Positions 38,074 through 45,726 of a stretch of DNA of 64,000 nucleotides are shown in pieces. Both the position numbers and the translations under genes were made by a program. Source of the stretch: Rubrivivax sp. (lineage in GTDB: Bacteria > Pseudomonadota > Gammaproteobacteria > Burkholderiales > Burkholderiaceae_C); assembly GCA_047602205.1 (NCBI GenBank), contig JASGHX010000001.1, positions 3,714,601 through 3,778,600 on the forward strand. The letters run 5' to 3'. The stretch's first letter is position 1. Each line of letters opens with the position of its first letter. The notes beneath the pieces are model-generated. The model did no database searches and was not told where the DNA came from. It worked only from the letters and a program-made list of their open reading frames with translations.

Positions 38074-38595
38074 ATGGCAAAGAGAAACATCGAGATCCTG
38101 GTCGGCCTGTTCGTGCTGCTGGGGGTGGTGGCGCTGGTGTTCGTGGCGCTGAAGGCGGCCAACCTCACCAGTTTCAGCGGCGGCGACACCTACACCCTGA
38201 GCGCGCGCTTCGACAACATCGGCGGCCTGAAGGCGCGCGCGCCGGTGCGCAGCGCCGGCGTCGTGGTGGGCCGCGTCACCGGCATCACGCTGGACCCCAA
38301 GAGCTACCAGGGCGTGGTGACGCTGGACGTCGACCGCCGCTTCCAGTTCCCCAAGGATTCGGCGGCCAAGATCCTGACCGCCGGGCTGCTGGGCGACCAG
38401 TACATCGGCATCGAGCCCGGCGGCGACGACGCCAACCTGAACCCCGGCGACACCATCGCGCAGACGCAGTCGGCCGTGGTGCTGGAGAACCTGATCGGCC
38501 AGTTCCTCACCGGCAAGGCGGCCGACGCGGGCACGGCTTCATCGCCCGCGGCCGCACCCGCCGCGGCGCCGGCCGCCAGTGGGGCCTTGAAATGA
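38074..38595 (+). CDS. mlaD: MCE-domain protein MlaD
   Basis: EILVGLFVLLG, ARFDNIGGLKARAPV, ILTAGLLGDQYI, TQSAVVLENLIGQFL. Confidence 0.95.
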   Translation: MAKRNIEILVGLFVLLGVVALVFVALKAANLTSFSGGDTYTLSARFDNIGGLKARAPVRSAGVVVGRVTGITLDPKSYQGVVTLDVDRRFQFPKDSAAKILTAGLLGDQYIGIEPGGDDANLNPGDTIAQTQSAVVLENLIGQFLTGKAADAGTASSPAAAPAAAPAASGALK

Positions 38596-39353
38596 AGCGC
38601 GCCGCCGCGGCCTTGGCGACGGCGGCGCTGCTGCTGGCCGGCGGCTGCGCCAGCGTGCCGCCGGGCGCCCAGGCGGTGAACCCGGTCGACCCCTGGGAAG
38701 CCTTCAACCGCAAGGTCTTCGCCTTCAACGAGACGCTGGACGAGGCCGTGCTCAGGCCCGTGGCGCAGGCCTACCGCGACCACGTGCCGCAACTCGTGCG
38801 CACGGGCGTCAGCAACTTCTTCGGCAACCTCGGCGACGTCTGGTCCACCGCCAACCACTTCCTACAGGGCAAGATCGGCACCGGCTTCGAGATGGGCATG
38901 CGCGTGCTCAGCAACACGCTGTTCGGCCTGGGCGGCATCCTCGACCCGGCCACCGAGTTCCGGCTGCCGCGGCGCTCTGAGGACCTCGGCCAGACGCTGG
39001 GCGTGTGGGGCCTGCCGGCCGGGCCTTACATCGTGTTGCCGGTGTTCGGGCCTTCGTCGCTGCGCGACACCGTGGGGTTGCCGTTCGACCGCTATGCTGG
39101 CTCCACCAGCCCGTATTTCGACGTCAACGCCTGGGCCACCAGCGCGCTGCAGCTCGTCAACGTGCGCGCCGAGCTGCTGGCCACCACGCAACTGTTGAGC
39201 GACGTCTCGCTGGACAAGTACAGCTTCCTGCGCGACGCCTATCTGGCGCGCCGGCGCGACCAGGTCTACGACGGCGCGCCGCCGCTGGAGAAGTTCGAGG
39301 ACGAGGGGGCCGACGACCCCGAGCCGGCGGCTCCCCCCAAGAAGGGGAGTTGA
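38592..39353 (+). CDS. mlaA: VacJ/MlaA lipoprotein
   Basis: Lipobox AGGC, DPWEAFNRKVFAFN, EDLGQTLGVWG, GPYIVLPVFGPSSLRD, RDAYL. Confidence 0.95.
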   Translation: MKRAAAALATAALLLAGGCASVPPGAQAVNPVDPWEAFNRKVFAFNETLDEAVLRPVAQAYRDHVPQLVRTGVSNFFGNLGDVWSTANHFLQGKIGTGFEMGMRVLSNTLFGLGGILDPATEFRLPRRSEDLGQTLGVWGLPAGPYIVLPVFGPSSLRDTVGLPFDRYAGSTSPYFDVNAWATSALQLVNVRAELLATTQLLSDVSLDKYSFLRDAYLARRRDQVYDGAPPLEKFEDEGADDPEPAAPPKKGS

Positions 39354-39432
39354 GCGTGGCCGCCAACCGGGCCGGGTCGCCCTGCGTTGTAGCTGGGCGG
39401 CCGCGAGGCCCATCGATCGAAAGGAAGAAACC

Positions 39433-40038
39433 GTGTTGAAGAAACTGCTGATCGGCGCCTGGACGGCTGCCTTCGTCGCCGGCGCCGCGCTGGCGCAGAC
39501 GACGCCCGACGCCCTGGTCAAGAAGATCTCCACCGAGGTGATCGACACTGCCAAGGCCGACAAGGCCATCCAGGCCGGCGACATCAACAAGATCATCGCG
39601 CTGGTCGACAGCAAGGTGATGCCCAGCGTCAACTTCGAGGTCATGACGCGCTCGGCCGTCGGCCCCAAGTGGCGCGAAGCCACGCCCGAGCAGCGCGGCA
39701 AGCTGCAGGCCGAGTTCAAGACGCTGCTGGTGCGCGTCTACGCCGGCGCGCTCACGCAGATCAAGGACCAGACGGTCGAGATCACCAAGACGCAGGCCGT
39801 GCCGCAGAGCAACCAGGTCGTCGTGCAGAGCGAGGTGCGCGGCAGCGGCGAGCCGATCAAGCTGGACTACCGGCTCGACAAGTTCGACGCCGACTGGAAG
39901 ATCATCGACGTCAACGTCGGCGGCATCTGGCTGGTGACGAGCTACCGCTCGCAGTTCGCGCAGGAGCTGGGCGCCGGCGGCATCGACGGCCTGATCGCCA
40001 AGCTGGCCGAGCGCAACAAGGCGGCGAGCAAGAGCTGA
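39433..40038 (+). CDS. mlaC: Periplasmic phospholipid shuttle MlaC
   Basis: Signal peptide, FEVMTRSAVGPKWR, WKIIDVNVGGIWLVTSYRSQF. Confidence 0.93.
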   Translation: MLKKLLIGAWTAAFVAGAALAQTTPDALVKKISTEVIDTAKADKAIQAGDINKIIALVDSKVMPSVNFEVMTRSAVGPKWREATPEQRGKLQAEFKTLLVRVYAGALTQIKDQTVEITKTQAVPQSNQVVVQSEVRGSGEPIKLDYRLDKFDADWKIIDVNVGGIWLVTSYRSQFAQELGAGGIDGLIAKLAERNKAASKS

Positions 40039-40047
40039 GGCGCCGGC

Positions 40048-40368
40048 ATGCCCAGCCTGCAGCTCCCGGCCGCGGCCGGCCTCGAACAGGCGCGCGCGCT
40101 GCTGGCCGCGGTGGACGCGGCGGCCGCCGGCGCCTCGGCGGCCGAAGGCCTGCAGATCGACGCCGCGGCGCTGCAGCGCTTCGACAGCTCGGCCATCGCG
40201 CTGCTGCTGCACGCCGAGCGCGCGGTGCAGGCGCGCGGCGGCCGGCTGCGCGTGCTGCACGCGCCGGCCCAGCTGCGCGAGCTGGCGCAGCTCTACGGCG
40301 TGGATGGGCTGCTGTCGCTCGATCCTGAACCCGGGCCCGAGCCAGGGTCCCGCCCCGCCGCGACATAA
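40048..40368 (+). CDS. mlaB: STAS-domain protein MlaB
   Basis: IDAAALQRFDSSAIALLL, LAQLYGV; last gene of the mla operon. Confidence 0.88.
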   Translation: MPSLQLPAAAGLEQARALLAAVDAAAAGASAAEGLQIDAAALQRFDSSAIALLLHAERAVQARGGRLRVLHAPAQLRELAQLYGVDGLLSLDPEPGPEPGSRPAAT

Positions 40369-41219
40369 CGCCGCAAGCGTAGGTTCTTCTTGATCTCGGC
40401 GAGCATCGGCCGCAGGCCGGCGCTGCCCAGCCGCAGCGCGACGCCGGTGGTCAGGATGTCGACGATCACCAGGTGCAGCAGCCTCGACACCATCGGGCTG
40501 TAGCGGTCGGCGTCCTCCGGGTGGTCGGCGGCCAGCAGCACGTGCTGCGGCCCCTGCACCTCCAGCGCCAGCGGCGAGCCGCTGGCGGTGATCGCGATCA
40601 CCGTCGCGCCCTTGCGGCGCGCGATGTCGGCCACGTCCAGCAAGTCCTTGCTGCGGCCGCTGTTGGAGATGATCACCGCGCAGTCGCCGGGCTCCAGCAT
40701 GGTCGCGCTCATCACCTGCACGTGGCCGTCGCTGACCGCGGTGGCGCGCACGCCCAGGCGGAAGAACTTGTGCTGCGCGTCCTGCGCGACGATGCCCGAG
40801 TTGCCGACGCCGTAGAACTCGATGCGCCGCCCCTCGCGGCCGGCGCGCACCAGCGCCTTGATCGCGCGCTCCACCGCCTGGCCGGCGGCCGCGTTGCGGT
40901 AGCGCAGCAGCGCCGCGACGGCGTTGTCGATCACCTTGACGGTGATGTCGCCGGCCTTGTCGTCCTCGTCGACCGCGCGGTGCACGAAGGGCACGCCTTC
41001 GTTGACGCTGCCGGCCAGCTTGAGCTTGAAGTCGGCCAGCCCGTCGTAGCCCACGCTGCGGCAAAAGCGCACCACGGTGGGCTTGCTGACGTGCGAGCGC
41101 TCCGCCAGCTCCGCCACCGGCAGCGAGGCAAAGCTGCGCGGATCGGCCAGCAGCAGCCGGGCCACGCGCTGCTCGGCCGGCGGCAGCGCGGGGATCGAGG
41201 CGCGGATGCGGTCGAGCAT
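40293..41219 (-). CDS. hexR: RpiR-family regulator HexR
   Basis: HTH VAELAERSHVSKPTVVRFCRSVGYDGLADFKLKL; SIS domain FYGVGNSGIVAQDAQHKFFR, ISNSGRS, YSPMVSRL; downstream of zwf. Confidence 0.93.
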   Translation of the reverse strand: MLDRIRASIPALPPAEQRVARLLLADPRSFASLPVAELAERSHVSKPTVVRFCRSVGYDGLADFKLKLAGSVNEGVPFVHRAVDEDDKAGDITVKVIDNAVAALLRYRNAAAGQAVERAIKALVRAGREGRRIEFYGVGNSGIVAQDAQHKFFRLGVRATAVSDGHVQVMSATMLEPGDCAVIISNSGRSKDLLDVADIARRKGATVIAITASGSPLALEVQGPQHVLLAADHPEDADRYSPMVSRLLHLVIVDILTTGVALRLGSAGLRPMLAEIKKNLRLRRYVAAGRDPGSGPGSGSSDSSPSTP

Positions 41220-41280
41220 TTCAGTCGACCTCCGATGGCACATCAGAACAGGCGGCCACCCGCATGCAGAAGCTCAGGCG

Positions 41281-41796
41281 GCAAAGGGCCACCCGGGCCG
41301 CCCGCGGCGCTTCAATGGGGCGGTCGGCTGCGCCGACTCCCTTCCGGTGCTCGGTCTCGTGGCCCGCTGCGAAACTCGCTCCGTTCGCTTCGCTCACTGT
41401 GCTCGAACAGTCGCGGCGAGTCAGAGCACGAAGCGCGCGAGTACGCGCGCGGCCACGAGCCCTCCGCTCCTCAGCGCCCCATAGGCGCGCCGCAGGCGGC
41501 CCGGGCGGCCCTTTGCGGCAACCGGGGTGGCGTGCCACAAGTGGCATGCCACTATCGGTGCCTCGCGGCAGGCGCAGCCCCGCGGGGGCGATTTCTGGGT
41601 CGCCGAGGAGCGCAGCGCTCATGGGCCGCGCGCGTACTCGCGCGCTTCGTGCTCTGACTTCGTCCCGACTGTCCGAACGCAGCGAGCGAAGCGAGCGGAG
41701 TGAGTTTCGGGACGGGCCCATGAGAGCGAGCACCGCAGGGGAGCCGGCGCCAGCCGGCCGACCCAGTATGAGCCGCCGCGGGGCTGCGCCTGCCGC
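41281..41796. repeat. Two inverted copies of a roughly 150-bp structured repeat, each enclosed by its own terminal inverted repeats
   Basis: Core 1 (about 41336-41480, +) and core 2 (about 41598-41746, -) share AAACTCrCTCCGyTCGCTTCGCTC and AGTCAGAGCACGAAGCGCGCGAGTACGCGCGCGGCC. Arms 41281-41310/41487-41516 (2 mismatches in 30) and about 41564-41585/41775-41796 (perfect 22 bp). Confidence 0.85.
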
Positions 41797-41834
41797 GACG
41801 CCTCGACTCCATGCATGCGAGCTCCGGGAGTCGG

Positions 41835-43280
41835 TCATTCCTCCTCCGCCCACGCACAGCCGTCGCGCGCAATGAGCGCGCTGGCCGCCGCCGGCCCCCA
41901 GGTGCCGGCGGCGTAGGGGCGCGGGCCTGAAGGGTCGCTGGCCCAGGCGTCGAGGATGGGCATCACCCAGGTCCAGGCCTGCTCCTGCTCGTCGCTGCGC
42001 ACGAACAGGTTCAGCCGCCCGGCGATGGCGTCCAGCAGCAGCCGCTCGTAGGCGCCCACGCGCTCGGTCGGGAAGGCCTTGTCGAAGTCCAGATCCAGCG
42101 ACACCGGCGACAGCCGCTCGTTGCTGGCGCCGCCCTTGGCGGCCAGCAGGTGCAGCTCCAGCCCGTCCTCGGGCTGCAGCTTGATCACCAGCTTGTTGGC
42201 GCGCGTGGTGCCGGGGAAGATCGGGTGCGGCACCTCGCGGAAGTTGACGACGATCTGCGAGTCGCGCGCCGCCAGCCGCTTGCCGGTGCGCAGGTAGAAC
42301 GGCACGCCGGCCCAGCGCCAGTTCTGCACCTCGGTGCGCAGCGCGACGAAGGTCTCGCAGCGGCTGCCGGCGGGCACCTTCACCTCGTCCTGGTAGCCCA
42401 CCACGGGCTTGCCGTCGACGTTGCCGGCGCGGTACTGGCCGCGCACCACGTCGCGCGCCACGCTGTCGGGCGTGAAGGCCTTCAGCGAGCGCAGCACCTT
42501 GAGCTTCTCGTCGCGGATGGCGTCGGCGTCGCTGGTCGACGGCGGCTCCATCGCGATCATCGTCAGCAGCTGCAGCGCGTGGTTCTGCACCATGTCGCGC
42601 AGGGCACCGGTCTTGTCGTAGTAGTCGCCGCGGGTGCCCACGCCCAGGCCCTCGGCCAGCGTGATCTGGATATTGGCGATGCTCTCGCGCCGCCACAGCG
42701 GCTCGAACAAGGCATTGCCGAAGCGCAGCGCCATCAGGTTCTGCACTGCGGGCTTGCCCAGGTAGTGGTCGATGCGGAAGGCCTGGGTCTCGCTGAATGC
42801 CGAGCGCACGACGCGGTTGATCTGGCGCGCGCTGGCCAGGTCGTGGCCCAGCGGCTTCTCCAGCACCACGCGCACCTTGGGGCCGTTCAGGCCCGCCGCG
42901 CCGAGCTGCTCGCAGATCACCGGGAACAGGTAGGGGCTGGTGGCCAGGTACAGCACCGCGGTGTCGGCGTCGCGCGCCTCGATCCACTGCTTCAAGCCCG
43001 CGTAATGCTCGGGCTGCGACAAGTCCATGCGGCGGTAGTGCAGCAGCTCGGCGAAGCGTGCGAACTCGTCGTCGCTGGGGCGCTTGCTGGGCTCGACCTC
43101 GGCGAAGCGCTCGCGGATCAGGCCGCGGTACTGCTCGTCGCTGCGCTCGTCGCGCGCCACGGCCAGGATGCGCCCGCCCGCCGGCAGCTTGCCGTGCCTG
43201 AAGGCCTGGAACAGCGCCGGCATCAGCTTGCGCCAGGTGAGGTCGCCGGTGCCGCCGAAGAACACGAGATCGAAGGACAT
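41835..43280 (-). CDS. zwf: Glucose-6-phosphate 1-dehydrogenase
   Basis: FFGGTGDLTWRKLMPAL, VVLEKPLG, RIDHYLGK, GALRDMVQNH, RWAGVPFYLRTGKRL. Confidence 0.98.
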   Translation of the reverse strand: MSFDLVFFGGTGDLTWRKLMPALFQAFRHGKLPAGGRILAVARDERSDEQYRGLIRERFAEVEPSKRPSDDEFARFAELLHYRRMDLSQPEHYAGLKQWIEARDADTAVLYLATSPYLFPVICEQLGAAGLNGPKVRVVLEKPLGHDLASARQINRVVRSAFSETQAFRIDHYLGKPAVQNLMALRFGNALFEPLWRRESIANIQITLAEGLGVGTRGDYYDKTGALRDMVQNHALQLLTMIAMEPPSTSDADAIRDEKLKVLRSLKAFTPDSVARDVVRGQYRAGNVDGKPVVGYQDEVKVPAGSRCETFVALRTEVQNWRWAGVPFYLRTGKRLAARDSQIVVNFREVPHPIFPGTTRANKLVIKLQPEDGLELHLLAAKGGASNERLSPVSLDLDFDKAFPTERVGAYERLLLDAIAGRLNLFVRSDEQEQAWTWVMPILDAWASDPSGPRPYAAGTWGPAAASALIARDGCAWAEEE

Positions 43281-43290
43281 GCGCAGGAGT

Positions 43291-43307
43291 TTGTAATTTT
43301 GTTACGA
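43291..43307. promoter_or_regulatory. Probable HexR operator just upstream of zwf
   Basis: TTGTAATTTTGTTACGA matches the remembered HexR-type palindrome TGTAAT-N3-ATTACA; 10 nt from the zwf ATG, with hexR adjacent. Confidence 0.7.
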
Positions 43308-43369
43308 ACTTCACTATGCAGGAGTTTCCTGCGCGGGTCAACGCGGCGGCCGCGCGGTGGACGTGCAGA

Positions 43370-44543
43370 TCAGGGCGTCTGCATCGCCCCCGGCGACCAG
43401 GCCGCCGGCGGCTGGATCGGCCGCGTGCCGCGCGGCAGCTTGAACTCGGCGGTCGGCTGCAGCGATTCGCCGCCGCCCTGGCCCGCCGGGCCCACGCTGC
43501 CGCGCAGGCCCGAAGCCTCGGTGAGCTCGAACTCCAGCGTGTAGATGCTTTGCACCGCACGGCGGCGCAAGGCCCAGCGGTTGCCTTCGAACACGCCGCT
43601 GGTGCCGGGGCTGAACAGGCCCAGGCCCAGGCTCAGGTTGTTGACGGCCTTCACCTCCACCGGGCCCGGCAGCCGGCCCTCGAATACGCGCACGTTCCAA
43701 CTCGGCGGCCAGGGGTTGCCGATGAAGCTGTTGTGCGACAGGTACAGCGCGTTCTTCGGCCAGCGTCCGCCCTCGGCGCCGTAGGCCACCATCACCGGGT
43801 TCTCGGCGTGCTCGCTCTGGCCGATCACGTTGCCGATGATCCAGGTCCAGCCCGCCCTCGGGCAGGTCGATCTCGTACGAGGACCGGCCTTCTTCGCCGT
43901 CGTAGATCAGGTTGTAGGCGATGCGGTTCTCGCCCGCGCGGCTCTTCACCAGGTGGCCCTCGTAGCCGCCGTAGAAGCGGCTGCCGCGCAGGCTGAAGCT
44001 GGCGATGCGGCCCACGTACAGCAGGTGCGGCAGGCCGCCTTCGATGTGCGGCGCCTGGCCGAACTCGCTGTCCTCGACCACCAGGCGGGCCTGGCCGTCG
44101 TTGGCCGTCATCAGGCCTTTCTCGTTGTCGAGGAACAGGCAGTTGCGTACGGTGAGCTTGCCGCTGTCGTGGCGGATGCCCGAGCCGTCGGCGTCGGCGG
44201 CGCGCGCGCCGCGGAACTCGATGTTGTCGACCGTGACGTCGCCGCCGCGCACCACCAGGATGCCCTTGCGCTCGGCCATCTGGCCCGCGGCTTCGAGCAC
44301 CGGGCGCTCGGCCACCGCGCGGATGGTGAGCTGCTTGTGCGTGACCACGCCGGTCTGGCCCTTGTAGTGGCCGGGCATCAGCGCCACGGTGTCGCCGTCG
44401 GCCGCGGCGGCCAGCGCCTCGGCCAGCGTCATCGACGGCTTGTCGGGTCCGACGATCCAGGTGGCGGCCTGGGCCAGGCCGCAGCACAAGGCCAGGGCGG
44501 CGGCCGGTCCCGCCCGGCGTCCGCGGAAGCAAAACGTCTGCAT
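43370..44543 (-). CDS. Secreted right-handed parallel beta-helix protein, +1 frameshift at about 43846
   Basis: Signal-like AAALALCCGLAQAA; GDTVALMPGHY; NIEFRGAR..DGSGIR; LTVRNCLFLDNEKG; HLLYVG; GHLVKSRA; YEIDLPEGG then shifted WIIGNVIGQ. Span 1174 = 3n+1. Confidence 0.72.
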
Positions 44544-44685
44544 GACGGCGATTCTGGCGCCATCCGCCGGCCGGCCGTCCGCCCGCGGATCGGGCCCTGC
44601 TCGGGCTTCCCCGCTGGCCGGCCGGCCGGCGGACTGTCATCCTGCTGTCATATTCCAACCTTCACCAACAACAAGGAGAGCCGCT

Positions 44686-45726
44686 TTGACGAAGAAGCAT
44701 GGCCTGATCGCCCCCCTGGCCCTGGGCCTGACGCTGGCGGCCGCCGGCACCGCCGCCCAGGCGCAGGACGGCGGCCAGCTCAACGTGATCTGCTCGGTGC
44801 AGGCCGAGTGGTGCAACATGATCCAGACGGTGTTCGCGCGCACCACCGGCATCAAGGTCAACATGTCGCTGAAGGGCTCGGGCGAGGCGCTGGCGCAGTT
44901 GATCGCCGAGCGCGCCAACCCGAAGACCGACGTCTGGTTCGGCGGCACCGGCGATCCCCACTTGCAGGCCGCCGAGCAAGGCCTGTCGCTGGAGTACAAG
45001 AGCCCGGGCTTGAGCCAGCTCCACCCCTGGGCGCAGCAGCAGGCCCAGCAAAGCGGCTACAAGACGGTGGGCATCTACAGCGGCCCGCTGGGCTTCGGCT
45101 ACAACACCGAACTGATCGCCAAGAAGAAGATGCCCATCCCGCAGAGCTGGGCCGACCTGCTCAAGCCCGTCTACAAGGGCGAGATCCAGGTCGCCAACCC
45201 GGCCAGCAGCGGCACCGCGTACACGATGATCGCGACACTGGTGCAGCTGATGGGCGAGGACAAGGCCTTCGACTACCTGAAGGCGCTGCACAAGAACATC
45301 GGCGCCTACTCGCGCAGCGGCACCGGGCCGATCAAGGCGGTGGCGCGCGGCGAGACCACGGTGTCGATCAGCTTCGTGCACGACGGCCCCGGCGAGGCGA
45401 TGCAGGGCTTTCCGGTGGCCACCATCACGCCCAGCGAAGGCACCGGCGCCGAGATCGGCTCGATGACCATCATCAAGGGCGCGCGCAACCTCGACAACGC
45501 GAAGAAGTTCTACGAATGGGCGCTGACGCCGGCGGCGCAAGAGATGGGCGCCGCGGCCAAGCAGTACCAGGTGCCGTCGAACAAGGCTGCCAAGGTCGAC
45601 CCGCACGTGCCCGACTTCAAGAAGATCAAGTTCATCAACTACGACTACGCGAAGTACGGCGCCAGCGCCGAGCGCCGGCGCTTGATCGCGAAGTGGGAAA
45701 AAGACGTCAACAGCCTGCCGCGCTGA
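44686..45726 (+). CDS. ABC substrate-binding protein, AfuA/FbpA-like; probably binds sugar phosphates
   Basis: TTG start with RBS aaggag; signal peptide; WFGGTGDPH, ANPASSGTAY, SFVHD, EGTGAEIG. Confidence 0.85.
   Translation: MTKKHGLIAPLALGLTLAAAGTAAQAQDGGQLNVICSVQAEWCNMIQTVFARTTGIKVNMSLKGSGEALAQLIAERANPKTDVWFGGTGDPHLQAAEQGLSLEYKSPGLSQLHPWAQQQAQQSGYKTVGIYSGPLGFGYNTELIAKKKMPIPQSWADLLKPVYKGEIQVANPASSGTAYTMIATLVQLMGEDKAFDYLKALHKNIGAYSRSGTGPIKAVARGETTVSISFVHDGPGEAMQGFPVATITPSEGTGAEIGSMTIIKGARNLDNAKKFYEWALTPAAQEMGAAAKQYQVPSNKAAKVDPHVPDFKKIKFINYDYAKYGASAERRRLIAKWEKDVNSLPR

Noticed and set aside
41281-41796. Repeat region as a CRISPR array, or as the small ORFs listed in the track
   Set aside because: There are only two long inverted units, no repeat-spacer periodicity and no cas genes; the ORFs are translations of palindromic DNA.
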